From the NCBI GenBank assembly GCA_951406725.2, contig OX597820.1, positions 53,010,001 through 53,074,000 of the forward strand: a stretch of DNA of 64,000 nt. Reading direction: 5' to 3'. Position numbers and translations under genes: made by a program. Source of the stretch: Octopus vulgaris (lineage: Eukaryota). Below the pieces are notes generated by a model. It saw only the letters and a program-made list of their open reading frames with translations, was not told where the DNA came from and did no database searches. Of this stretch, positions 13,601 to 26,959 are shown piece by piece; within the stretch, counting starts at the first letter, position 1; each line of letters opens with the position of its first letter.

Positions 13601-13707
13601 ATTTCTTACTGATGAATCTGAGGGCCTGTGGAAGATTGGCTTGATTTAATTTAATCAGGTTAGTTTACCATTAATCAGCAGATGAAACGGTATATCGTAT
13701 AAGAAAT
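13601..13707 (+). ncRNA. Type I hammerhead ribozyme motif (copy 3) with a large stem II insertion
   Basis: atttctta-CTGATGA-atctg-[58 nt]-cagat-GAAA-cggtatatcg-TA-taagaaat; 8-bp stem I, 5-bp stem II base, short near-palindromic stem III. Confidence 0.82.
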
Positions 13708-13827
13708 TACAGGGTAAATGTTTTTTAAATTTTCTCCTGGTTTACAGAATTAACTTTTATTTGCGGTTGAAGCTTTGGCTGTTATTTCTAGTGGGTGAAT
13801 GGCCTATTATGGCCGTTCCTTGATTGT

Positions 13828-13898
<71 letters not shown>

Positions 13899-14022
13899 CA
13901 TGTGTGTGTATATATAATGGAAAGAAAAAGAACGAATGAGGAAACAAACCAGGGACTGTGTTGAAGATAGATATGCAGATATATAGATATATAGATAGAT
14001 AGATAAATAGATAGATAGATAT

Positions 14023-14077
<55 letters not shown>

Positions 14078-14312
14078 TGGACTTATTTTGTTCCTTTCTT
14101 TTCATTATTTTCGAATATTTTTGAATAAATTATCGAATTTGTATTTACGTTTCGTGATAACGTAACTATTTCTATATATTTATTTATCTTAGCGTTTGGA
14201 ACGTGTTACCGGATATATTAGGAATAACAATCAACTCTCATTATAATAACATCTAGCTATCTTTCAGACAATCTCTTCTTCACTCGCTCCTCCTCTCACA
14301 TTCACAAGCACC

Positions 14313-14374
<62 letters not shown>

Positions 14375-14406
14375 TATATGTATATGTTATATATACATAT
14401 ATACAT

Positions 14407-14453
<47 letters not shown>

Positions 14454-14599
14454 CACACACACAAATACACACACATATACATATGTATGCATACACATTT
14501 GTTTTTGTATGTATATATAAATGTATATATGTGCAAATATATATATACATCCGTACAAACACTTCGGTAGATAAATAGTGATTTGCTTTCATGTCAAGT

Positions 14600-15110
14600 T
14601 ATATACTTAAAAAAAGAACCCAAATAATTACTGATTTTGTTTTAGTACATATAAACTTGTATAAGAAAAAGGTTGACAATCACTTCGATGTTACGGTTTA
14701 CCTGCGCACATCATATTTTTGCTTGGGTTAAATTATGGTTTTATATAAACTTTGACAAGTTTGATTTGGGGGGAAGATGAAGATTTGTGAACGATAATTA
14801 GGTGTAACTTAGGTAAGCCGTGGATGTAATTGTGAACAGAAATGGATAGGAGGTATGTAAATGTTTGTTAGATGAAGTTTGATAGAAAGTAATTGAGAGC
14901 AGCGCTATCTTGGCTTGATATAGGAATGTTATTATTGTTTATGATTTAAGCATGGAAATAATGGTGTAAGTAATACGTCCAACTAAGGTCATGGCATTCT
15001 TTGCATAACAGTAAGTTTTTGAAGTGATTTAGGTTTCACAAAAACTGTGCGTACATAAAACAGATGGTTTCACACCAATGGTAAGATTGAGTTGGAACTG
15101 AAGTTGTACT
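14600..15110 (-). mobile_element. Decayed Penelope-like RT fragment
   Basis: Minus strand YIHGLPKVTPN followed by SSPKSNLSKFI, resembling the YGLPKIHK..RPI.S..SP...LSK motif of PLE RTs. Confidence 0.45.
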
Positions 15111-15454
15111 TATTAGATTTCTACTGAGTAATTTGAAACTAAGCTGATGAGACTATGCTTATATTATATTATTCTACACAAATGCATACAAGTAACTACA
15201 TAATGTTGCCGAAGCATGCAAATGACTGCATCAGGATGGTGCATTTAAATAGGTATATCGATGTAAATGGCTATGCATATGTGTGTCTCTATATATGTCT
15301 GATGGCATAACACTAACTTTTCTCTAAGCAACATATCCATGTATGTATGTATGTATGTATGTATGTATGTATGTATGTATGTATGTATGTATGTATGTAT
15401 GTATGTATGTCTGTATGTATGTATGTATCTATCTATCTATCTATCTATCTATGA

Positions 15455-15880
15455 ATTTTTCACATTCCCTCTTAACTCTATCAGCATGTGTGATGTAGTC
15501 CTTTTCATTGTTCTTTCCTAGGTTCAAACATTTCTAACGTGTATTGATCAAGAAGCATTTCTCACTAAAACCTTTACACAATATATCTATTGTATCTTTA
15601 AAGTTTATGTCAGAATGTTATTTTCGGGAGTACATAATTGTTGTAACGCTCATGTTCTCCTGCTGCCAGTTTTCTTAAGAATAAATGCGCTTTCTTATCG
15701 TCGTCCCAATCTTTGCAATGTTTATTGAAAATTTGCTTGCATTTTCTTATAGTACGCCTCGAAGGTAACTCCTTCGTCTGGTTCGTACTAAAACTCTGTT
15801 AACGAGTTCGCAAAATAATCTGGCGAGAACATTTTTTCAGCATTTCTGACGACTTACTATTCATTGATTGCAACATTTGT
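15455..15880 (-). mobile_element. Decayed Gypsy-like gag fragment
   Basis: Minus strand FNKHCKDWDDDKKAHLFLRKLAAGEHERYNNYVLPK, resembling invertebrate Gypsy gag N-termini. Confidence 0.55.
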
Positions 15881-17012
15881 TCCTGTAATAGTAATCATTG
15901 TTGTTGTTGCTGCTGTTTTTGCAGCCCGAGAAAACCGGCCAACAAATCTTCCATAATTTTACGCTTTTGTATGCTTTGAAAATCGCACAAAACTATTTTT
16001 GGGACTTTGTCAACTGTAATCCTTTAAGTCGGATTGTTATAAAGCCCCCTTTGGTATAGCCGTATAATTGTTAGACCGATAAATACACGACTATCTAAGG
16101 ACGTCTACTTCGTGCTCTCACTTCACACTGACCTTATTTATAGCGGCCAGCACATACCATTTGTCACGTGGGAAGGGTGTACCATTATTACTATTATTAC
16201 CACAACATAGATATATAGATTGATATATACATACATACATACACGCACATACTTACCTACATGATACATAAATACATACATACATAATACATACATACAC
16301 AGGGTATATCGCAGTGCTAGTATACGGTTCACAGTTCCGCAGATTTTCGATAACTTGCAGAAAATCCTCAGAGAACTACAAGATTTATACGTAGGTGCTT
16401 CCTAAAAATAAAATACTTTGCTATATTTTATCTAAGGCGAGAATAGGAAAGAGTGCAAATGAGGGCAGCGATGTGCAACTCAGGAAAAAAAATTACATGG
16501 TGAGAGGTCCATGGTAATGAAATGAATTAAATTAAAAATCACGCGAATAGCGCTACCGAACATAGCCACAACCACTGGCTGGAACAAGTAACGAATTAAA
16601 GATAAAAGGTATATATGTACATGCATGCACGCAGACGCGCGTGTACACACACGCACTCACGCACACGCACTCATGCAAACTCGTATTTATACACACACAT
16701 GAAGGGAGAGATATATAGTTAGGAAAAAAAATCGTTGGGTATATCAGACAGTTTAATACGGGTGTGATTCAGTTAACCATCCGTTAAGCCACCGCCTCCC
16801 CCATTCACACCCCTTTTCATACTGTAAATTTTGAATATCATGTCATTACTGACAAAAACCATTGTCCTTTTCTGCACCGTACACCCTTCTCCTCCTCCTC
16901 ACACTTCCATCCTTTCCCTTTCATGCTTCACTGTACACAATCATCTCAACCCACCACTCACTCCCTCCGTCTCATCCTTTTACTTTTCGTACATAAATAA
17001 ACAAATAAGCAT

Positions 17013-17044
<32 letters not shown>

Positions 17045-17049
17045 ATATA

Positions 17050-17098
<49 letters not shown>

Positions 17099-17243
17099 AT
17101 GTGTATATGTATATATATATGTGTATGTGTGTGTGTGTATGTATATATATATATGAATATATATGTGTGTGTGTGTATATATATATATGTATATACACGC
17201 ATATATGTGTGTGTATATATATGTATATATATATGCATATATG

Positions 17244-17352
<109 letters not shown>

Positions 17353-17567
17353 TTGTTTCCAGCCTAATGTATTATGCATTTCAAAGCTACGAAAACTAAG
17401 TCGTCTATTGTCGTTTCCTGTATGATGTCAACGCCACCCTTAACAGATTTGCTTTTGTGTTTTGATACCGTAGTCACCATTAGCACAATCATCGATATAA
17501 TGACTGCCTTCTGTATCATCAGCGTCATCATGAATTTCATCAGTGCATTTGTCATCACCATTCTCCA

Positions 17568-17674
17568 ACATCACCACCATCATCACCATCATCATCATCA
17601 TCATCATCATCATCCCAACTTCCACTAATAAAATGATCAGCTACAGCTACTTCATCTGCAAAGACTGCAGCCAT

Positions 17675-17758
<84 letters not shown>

Positions 17759-17760
17759 AT
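17568..17760. repeat. Compound (CAT)n/(AAC)n/(TAC)n microsatellite
   Basis: Direct inspection. Confidence 0.92.
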
Positions 17761-19112
17761 TAACCACTTGAATGATAACAACAAAAAACGCTATCAACTG
17801 CAACAGCAACGATATCATCTGAGACAATTCAAAACCAATGTGGCACTGGAACATTCTTTCCCCTTCTAGTTTATGTGAAACGACCCGGAAGTCTGTGAGT
17901 GCGTTTTTCCATATTTAGACTTGTTAGTTTTATTTGTTTATTGTTTACGTAATTTATAGTTAAACAACAGCATTAACTACAAGAATTTCATAGCAACAAC
18001 AATAATATGGAAACAAATAGCTATAGGAGAAAATTCTTATATAAGCATAAGGTGAGAACATTTAGGAGCGGTGCATGGATTATAACGATCTCAGAACTTG
18101 ATTGATACTTTATTTTATCAATCCCAGAAGGGCGATCTCCGGTGTAATTGAATGCAGAGCGTACAGAATCGGAAACAATACCGGAAAGTACTTTGTCCGA
18201 TGTCCTAACATTCCAATCTGCCATTTAGTGCCACAATGTTTTCTGATTTACGGATAAGGCCAATATTTTTGAGGGTAGGGGAGGTCGTTACAAACGAACT
18301 CAGTATTCGGGCATATTATTTCGGGATGGAAACAAAAGCTTACTCCAGTGAAATTGGAGCTCAGAATATAAATAGCCGGAACAAATAACAGAAAATATTT
18401 TGTCCAAAACGTTCACAATTCTGCTTATCGACATTATCTACTGTAATAATACTCCTGCGTTTTTCTCCGTCACAACATATGAATGAGAAAGGGAGGTGTG
18501 ATAGATGAATAAGGAAGGGATGATGGCAAACTGATATGTGGGATGATGGAAATGCTACAGTGAAAAAAAAAACTCAAACAGCGTTTCAACTCTGTGTGAG
18601 TATATGTTTGTATGTGTGTGCGTTTACAAGGGAAATATATGAATGTTTGTATGTGTAAACCAGCGTTCTTTAAGTAACAAACAAGAATCGATGTCACATC
18701 TCAAAAGACAACCACTTGATAACATTGACAAGTGTATTAATTTGATTTACCATTCATATTCTATCTGTTATGTTAAAAATAATTATTACAATCACTCACA
18801 CTTATACAAACATATACAAACTCATTAGAGACAGTAGTTATTGTCTGAGTGCATCAAGAATATAACACAACTGCAGTTGAAAGGTTTATTATAAATACTC
18901 ATATTATTTTAACAGTTTATACATGTCGCTAATTTATTTATATTAAGAAATGTTTACCCAATATTCTTCCAGTAACTATATATAAAATAACCAGTGTTTT
19001 TTCAGAAACTATACATAAACTATTCAGTGTTCTTTCAGTAATTACCGATGATCGATGTCACATCTCAACTTACAACTACTAGATAACATTGAGAAGTGTA
19101 TTAATTTGAATT

Positions 19113-19397
19113 ACCATAAACAAATCGCAATGACTGAATTTCGAAAATGTTGGTATTTACTTGCCAGCTCCTGTATTTATTCACGGCCAGCTTTATGTGG
19201 CCTTTAGTCGTACAAGAAGGAAAGAAATCTTTAAAATTCTTTTGAAGAAAACAAGCAGTCAAGGGATGTTAGTTGCGAATAGATTTTTCACAAAAGAATT
19301 TGGTCATGAAAGAATTATTAAACTAAAAACTTGGTTTTGGACCTTATTTATATATACTACATTTAGCCATCATTTTTGGCGGCACGGTGCCAGCTAG
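19113..19397 (+). mobile_element. Helitron 3' end (PIF1-type helicase C-terminus, hairpin, CTAG)
   Basis: TINKSQ*..FENVGIYLPAPVFIHGQLYVAFSR; ggcac-g-gtgcc hairpin, then CTAG|T at 19394-19398. Confidence 0.88.
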
Positions 19398-20056
19398 TTT
19401 CATAATAATACACAATAATGCAAAAAAAAAAAGAAAAAATTGAAGAGAACGAAACAGTTGATTATAAAAAATCTAAATAACCACTTAATTGACTGGTATT
19501 TTCTTTCATTGACTTTGCAAGAAAGAATGGCAAAGGTGACCTTGGCGGCTTTTGAATTCGAAGCGTAAATAGAGTGCAGATTTTATCTGACACAATAAGT
19601 ATTCTCTCTACCCAATTTCTTAAATAATAAAATTAAAATATCATCGATTACAATATCTACTACCACAATCTGTGCAACAACATATTCGACAGTGATAATG
19701 TTTGCTGTAATATAACAACTTTGCTAACGATGTAAATGCTACATCTATAAAACCTTTGCCGTCTCTTAGTTTCTGTATTTGTATTAGGTATCTCATTTAG
19801 TCACGAGCAGATATTGATACGCTCTCTTCCATCCTTCAAAGAGAGAGGCATCGATAATTCACCCGCACTAGCCTGCTACTCACTTCGAGCTAATTTGAGT
19901 GTAGCGACGGAAATTAAAATTACTTGTGCGCAGCGCAGCCCGGTTGAACTCACGATCATAGGAGTATGAATGCGCCCAATACTTTATCCACCAGTCTAAG
20001 TGCTTGGTGGAGAGAGTGCTAGGCTCGTTCATCAAAAATATTAAGAGCAACACCAA

Positions 20057-20270
20057 GGCGGCGAGCTGGCAGAAACTCTAACACACCGGGCAGGATGCTT
20101 AGCGGTATTTCGTCCGTATTTACGTTCTGAGTTCAAATTCCCCCTTCGAGGTCGACAGTATCTTTTATCCTTTCAGGCTCGATAAAATAATTACCAGTTA
20201 AACATTGGCGTCGATGTAATCGACTTGCCGCCTTCCTTGATCTTGCTGGTCTCCTGCCAAAATTTTAAAC
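20057..20270 (+). mobile_element. SINE family A, short-tail type
   Basis: ggcggcgagctggcagaaac...gcttagcggtatttcgtcc...gagttcaaattcc. Confidence 0.88.
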
Positions 20271-22376
20271 CAATATCAAGATCACCAATATCAATAACAA
20301 AACACCTAAAGTCATCATCAATTACTACAACGCAATCAATAACCAGCACCACCACCCGAAATGGTAGCAAGAGCAGCAACAGCAATCTCACTAAGCACGG
20401 CAAGGCGTCAATATCAACAACTAAAACAGTAATAATACAGTAGAAACCACAAGAGCAACAATAACAATAGTTACAACGGCAATAGTGATATATCAACAAT
20501 ATGAGCATAAAATTAACGACTCTCCTATATTTATTTTTAACCTTGATCCTTGTGCTACCCGGTTTGAAACCCCGTTTAATTTGTCATACGCTAAATCGCT
20601 AGACACTCGCCGTGTGGAGGGAGGACGGCGTGCCCATGACCGGTAAAGTTATTCTGCTAGAGATTGCTGTAAAAGGAAGAAGTGGATATTAGATAATTAA
20701 TCCCAGCAGTGCCTCTTGTTCGAGGTTGTAAAGATTCTGCTACGATGTAACGATTCACCAGAATAAGAAGGGTGAGTTAGACCATCCTAAGTACCATTAG
20801 GTTTGATAGTAGTAATAAATTATTTTATTTAATTGCGTAGCTTTTTTTTTTGCAACTAGTGAAAGAATAGTTTAACGAAATCAAACCTAATAAGCTACAG
20901 TTACATTTTTTATAGTTGTGGTTGCAAAATACCGACCTCCAGTTATTTTAGTCTGTCTGGAATTCAGAATCTTGAAGTAATACACATTGAAGATTTAAAA
21001 TGTTTATTGTTTATGAGATAAATCCAGAAATATCACATGCGTATTTGATCTAACTGCTAGAAACTACAGTCAAATTTCCTTCAAACCATACCTAATTCTC
21101 TTAAAAATGGAAGAAAATATAATGTAGCTATATACACATGATCTGAGTGTAGCAATAGCTACAATTGTCTGGAAATAAGATGGGCTGGTCATGACCAGAA
21201 CGCTTTGATCACAGATCTGTTCGATTAAAGCTGATCTGGTGATAAACAACAAGAATAACAATAATATTTTCTTACGTACACGGGTGGACCGAAAAGAATA
21301 AAAATGGGCGAACGAAATGCTTTGGCATTCATGACTTCTAAACAGTTATTAGTGTCAAACCTTGAATGGAGATCCGAGTTAAAGAATTACAACACAAAGG
21401 TATAGAAACTACAAGCTGTGGTGTTCATGTCTTTATTGGATTTTCATTGTTTATGTTATAAAACTTCAGCTGCTCTTTAAGTGCTGCAAGAGAAGTTCCA
21501 CCCCCAAAAGGATGTCAGGCCGCATTTCATTTAGGCTTTACCTCAGTAGTATGGCCTTTTCAGATCAGCACTGATTATGACGATAACAACAACATCACCA
21601 AAAACAAATATCATAACAACAACAAAAACGAAAATAACGATGAAATTAGAAATAAAAAATGCCTCGGTAATAAAATAAATTCTTTGAAAATTGTTGAAGA
21701 AAAACACAAAAATGAACTAAAATGAAAGAAACAATTAATAGGAAATAGTCGTCTGGTGCATTTATTTTCAAAGGACACAAAATGCATTCCTTAGTGACAA
21801 GAGAGAAAAAGAGAAAGAGATACAGAGTCAAAGGCAGAGGCAGAGAGAGTTGTGGGAGGTGCGTGAGGAAGGGATGAGATGGGTGGTGAAAATGAACACA
21901 AACAAAAGAGGGATGTCAAACAGGAAGTCGGCAAAATTAGGTGTAGAATGGCTGCCAATCGCAAAGCCGCGTTCTCGCGTTACGTTTCTTTTGTTGTATT
22001 AACGTTCTATTACTGTTGAGTTAAAAGGCTGGCTTTATTGGGCGTGGTCTGAGGATAACGTACAGGGATTTATGATAACTTAAGTGGTTTAAAGAAATAA
22101 ATAAATGCTGTATAACTTTAGGAACGTGGAAAAGGCCTGCCTTCGTATACTGACATTGAATCGATCATTCAATCAAACGTAAATACACACATTCACAGAT
22201 AGAAACAGATTTTCGCAGCCACATACTTATTTGCAATACACATACATATAGTTGTATACACACATTCCCGCACACCCATATATACGCGTGCGTGTGTACA
22301 TACATACTCAGATATGTACATATAAATATATAAATTTCTCTCTCTCTCTCCATTTCTCTCCCTCTCTCTCTGTATG

Positions 22377-22424
<48 letters not shown>

Positions 22425-23107
22425 TATATGCTTATATACAAAAGTATATTATACACGTACGAATACTGATATATACTGTCACATGCAGTAAATATATGTT
22501 CCCATCTTTCTATCTATCTGTATATTTGTGTACCTACATACCTCGCTACCTACTTGATTACCTATCAAACAGTCTTCTCTAACTTAGTGAGTTGTCTCTC
22601 TGTCACTCTCTCCCCCCTCTCTCTCTCCCCCGGTCTCATTTTTTTTTCTCTCTGATGCTCATATTCTCTGTTTAGTTACGTGAATCTATGTATGGTGTCC
22701 CAGCATGACCGCAGTCTAATGACAGATGCAAGTAAAAGATAAACGATATATGAGTGTATGTGTGTGTGTGTAGGCGCGCGCCTGTGTGTGTGTGGTGTGT
22801 GTGTGTACATGTGTGTCCACGTGTCTTTGTGTCCGAGGTTCGTAAGTGTTTAGATTTGTATATGTGTTAATGTGTGATGATGTTGCCAGCTCTCAATGAC
22901 CACACAGCACATTTCACAATCAGTAAGTCAAATGTCACATCTAATGACTAACTGCACATCTGTCAATATATCCGGCAATGCATAGCTTTTTTCTGTCGTA
23001 CACGTAATATATCATTTTATCCTTTGTCCTAGTGTGTTTCACCAAACATAAAAATTTACTTTTCAGTCCTTCATTCATCTCTTGTATTTACGTTGAATGT
23101 AATATGT

Positions 23108-23480
23108 GAGGGAGTGGTTGCATGGTAAGTAGCTTGCTTACCAACCACATGGTTCCGAGTTCAGTCCCTCTGCGTGGCACCATGGGCAAGTGTTTTCTAC
23201 TATAGCCTCGGGCGACCAAAGTGGATTTGGTAGAAGGAAATTGAAAGAAGCCTGTCGTATATATGTATGTGTGTGTGTGTGTGTCTGTGTGTGTGTGTGC
23301 TTGTGTGTCTGTGTTTGTCCCCCTATCATCGCTCGACAACCGATGCTGTTGTGTTTACATTCCCGTAACTCAGCGGTTCGGCAAAAGAGATCGATAGAAT
23401 AAGTACTAGGCTCACAAAGAATAGGTCCTGGGGTCGATTTGCTCGACTAAAAGCCGTCAAATGACTGAAACAAGTAAAAG
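23108..23480 (+). mobile_element. SINE family B (bipartite, with internal TG microsatellite)
   Basis: tRNA-like head tggtaagtagcttgcttaccaaccacatggttccgagttcagtccc; tail atgactgaaacaagtaaaag. Confidence 0.92.
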
Positions 23481-23582
23481 TGTATTCCTTATTGCTCTCT
23501 CCTTTTTCCATCATCTGCAATATCCTTTATCTCTCAACGGTTCAACACATCGTCAATTCTATTTCTATTATTAGCAAACTTA

Positions 23583-24420
23583 AAGGCAGTGAGCTGGCAG
23601 AATCATTAGCACGCGAGACAACATTTTGTCTGTGTTTATATTCTGAGTTCATATTCCACCTTGGTCGCCTTTCTCTTTCATCCATACGGAGTCGATAATA
23701 TAAGTACCTGTTGAGTACTGGAGTCGATGTAATCGGCTTCCGCGCTTTCTTGAAATTGCTGGCATTGAGCCAAAATATGAAATCATTATTAATCAACTTA
23801 AAGTTGATGAGCTTGGCAGAATCGATAACGCGCCGTGCCAAATGCTTTGTGGTATTTCGTCCGCCGCTGCGTTCTGAGTTCCAAATTCTGCCGAGGTCGA
23901 CTTTGCTTTTCATCCTTTCGGAGTCGATAAATTAAGTACCAGTTGCGCATTGGGGTCGATGTTATCGACTTAATCCGTTTGTCTGTCCTTGTTTGTCCCC
24001 TCTATGTTTAGCTCTTTGTGGCAATAAAGAAATAAGAAACGTTAGCACGCCAGGCAAAATGCTTAGCAGTATTTTGTCTGCCGTTACGTTCTGAGTTCAA
24101 ATTCCGCCGAGGTCGACTTTGCCTTTCATCCTTTCGGGGTCGATTAAATTAGTACCAGTTACGCACTGGGGTCGATATAATCGACTTAATCCGTTTGTCT
24201 GTCCTTGTTTGTACCCTCTGTGTTTAGCCCCTTTTGGGTACTAAAGAAATAGGTATTTCGTCCATCTTTAGCGTTCTGAATTCAAATTCTACCGAGGTCC
24301 ACTTTGCCTTTCATCTCTTCGGGATCGATAAAACTAGTACCAGTTGAGAACTGGGGTCGATGTAATCGACTTATCTCCTTCCCCGAACTTGCTGGTCTCG
24401 TACCAAAACTTTTAACCATT
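23583..24420 (+). mobile_element. Array of four family A SINE segments
   Basis: Units start at 23583, 23808, 24035 and 24252. Confidence 0.9.
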
Positions 24421-24609
24421 ATTTGTAAACCTATTAGCCGCAGGTATGGTTGTAGTTTTAACAAGTTTGCTCAGCTAATTTCATGTATCTGTCCACTGGT
24501 ATAGCATGGTTCAATTTGCACGTGTACCTTAGTATAACTCCAGGCCAACCGATGCCTTGTTAATGAATTTGGAAGACGGATATTATGTAGGAGTCATCGT
24601 GAGTACGTA

Positions 24610-25050
24610 TAGGCATGGCTATATAGTAAAGAAACTTGCTTTGTAACCTCGTGTTTCCCAGTTCAATCCGATAAGCGGCACCCTGGACAAGTGTTTTCTT
24701 CTACAGCCCCGGAAGGACAAATGCTTTTTAAACGATCCTGGAAGACGGAAATTATGTGGAAGCCCGTCATATATGTATGTGTGTGTGTGTGCGAGTGCGT
24801 GTCTATATGTGTGTGTGCCTGTGTTTGTGTGTGTGTGTGTGTTTGCGTTTGTTTTCGTCCCACCCCATTGATGCTTATGAACCGGTTCTGTTTGTTTAAG
24901 CCGCGCAACCTTAGCGGTACGCCAAAGGGAACCAATAGAATAACAAACAGGCTTAAAAATAAATACTGGGGACGATATTTTTCGATTAAAACCTTCAAAG
25001 CTGTTTCTGAGTAAGGCTACCATCGAATGACTGAAACAAGTAAAAGATAA
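24610..25050 (+). mobile_element. SINE family B, diverged
   Basis: Colinear with 23108-23480. Confidence 0.85.
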
Positions 25051-25165
25051 ACTATAGGCATGTGTGTGTGCGCACGTGCTTTTGTGTTTGCTCATTTCAC
25101 TCCACTGCTTGACAACTCGTATTGCTTTATTTATGTCCCCCTAAAAAGAACCTGAGCGAATAAGT

Positions 25166-25457
25166 TTGTTCCTTCTCGAGCCATCCCTGGCTCATAAGGG
25201 CCGGTTTCCCGATTTCCTTGGCGTATAGGTTCCCCACCTGGACGGCACGCCGGTCCGTCGCAGGTGAGCTGCAAGAGTAAAGAGTGAGAGAAAGTTGTGG
25301 CGAAAGAGTCAGCAGAAGTTCGCCATAACCTTCTGCGGAGTTGAGTGGAGTTTAGGCGGTTCGCTCATAAACGCACACATCTCCCCGTCTGAGATTCGAA
25401 CCCGCGATCCCTCGACTGCGAGTCTGCTGCTCTAACCACTAGGCTATGCGCCTCCAC
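25166..25457 (-). mobile_element. tRNA-derived SINE family C with target-site duplication
   Basis: Minus strand A box tagcctagtggttagagc and B box ggttcgaatc; TSD gagcgaataagt (25154) / gagctaataagt (25458). Confidence 0.88.
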
Positions 25458-26358
25458 GAGCTAATAAGTACTAAACTCTAAATACATACTGAAGCCGATT
25501 TACATGACAATTCACTACAGTACCACCATCAAAGACGACCGCGGTCCAACGAATGAACGAGTGAAAAACTTAACTTCATCCGCGAAAAATCTATAAATGT
25601 TACTGAATGAGTCCAGGTCGGTGACTGAAGATATTTCTGGTAGTTCCTCTATTTCATTTAAAATTTCCTCTACACCTACGGTTTAGATATAACTTGTAAA
25701 AACATTTTTTAAAAATTCTAATTTAAAAACTAATGTTATAAATATAAATGATCAATGAATAACCATGTCTACCTCCAAAGAGAAAAATTTAAACGATTCT
25801 GCACGATGGGAAAATAGCGACGGAGAAAGGAAAAAGATATGTTAAATGAAAGTGAAAATATTCTGTCACTGAAGAGTAAAATGTAAACCTTATTCCGAAT
25901 CAAGAATTCAAACTACAAAGAATTTGGTAATAATTTCTGATTATGAAAAGACGTTTGACTGATGGGCAACGGTGGAAAAATGTAAAACACTTAGATTTTT
26001 ATCAATTTTATGTGTTTTTAACTGTTTTCAATCACAATTTAAGATAGATATATATGTGTTGAAATATATTTGTAATTGCGCAAGGAGGTAGAAATATGTC
26101 TCTCATACACACATAGAAGGAAGCACACATACATACAAACACACACACACACATGTATTCGTTTATTCTTTTATTTTTTACTTGTTTCAGTCGTTTGACT
26201 GCGACCATGGTGGAGCACCGCCTTTAGTCGAACAAATCGACTTCAGGATTTATTATTTATAAACCTAGTGCTTATTCTATCGGTCTCTTTTGCCGAACCG
26301 CTAACCACACTAACATTGGTTGTCAAGTGATTGTAGGGTAGGGGAAAAGCATAGACAC

Positions 26359-26413
<55 letters not shown>

Positions 26414-26959
26414 CATGTATGTATGTATGTATATATTATGGAGATGTACTTGCATAGCAAGTGACTTGATCTGAGATCGTGTGCTGAAACAAAAACGATT
26501 GCAATGTGGGAGATGTTTATAAGCCATTTAAGAACACACAAAATCCGTTAGTTAGTTTCTACTATAGCCACGAAGCCTGAAATTTTTCGGGAGGAGGTGG
26601 GTCGATAAAATAAGTACCAGTCAAGTACCTCATTGCTTGACTGGTACCTTTTTATTGACCTCGAAATAGCGAATGGCAAAGTGGACCTCAGTGAAATTTG
26701 AACTTAGACGGACGAATTGTTGATAAACATATAGCCCTGCGCGGCAACGATTCTATCATCTCCCTAACGTAATACACACACACACACACACATATTTATA
26801 TATTGAGAGTGCATGTGTGTTTGTTTATTGTAGATTTATGAAATATGTAAACTCGCATGACACGTAACACTTGAATCAACGAACGCATTCATGTATACAC
26901 ACACACACGCTCGCTCGAAGCAGTAGAGATTCAGTGCCCTGATGATTTGTTCATATTCT

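Larger units (their letters stand above)
12561..13831 (-). mobile_element. 491-bp unit as partial tandem (12561-13052, 13053-13432) plus 399-bp inverted copy (13433-13831) in (TA)n; Penelope pLTR/retrozyme-like
   Basis: Near-identical direct repeat; 13433-13831 is the reverse complement of 12666-13064; one hammerhead per copy. Confidence 0.85.

Noticed and set aside
13444-13644. 66-aa ORF in the inverted unit
   Set aside because: Its ATG is ACG in the other copy, it has no recognisable domain, and it overlaps the ribozyme
25380-25457. tRNA gene (also 36808-36860, 39660-39720 and other heads)
   Set aside because: A/B boxes are present but there is no complete cloverleaf, and each continues into a SINE body, some with TSDs
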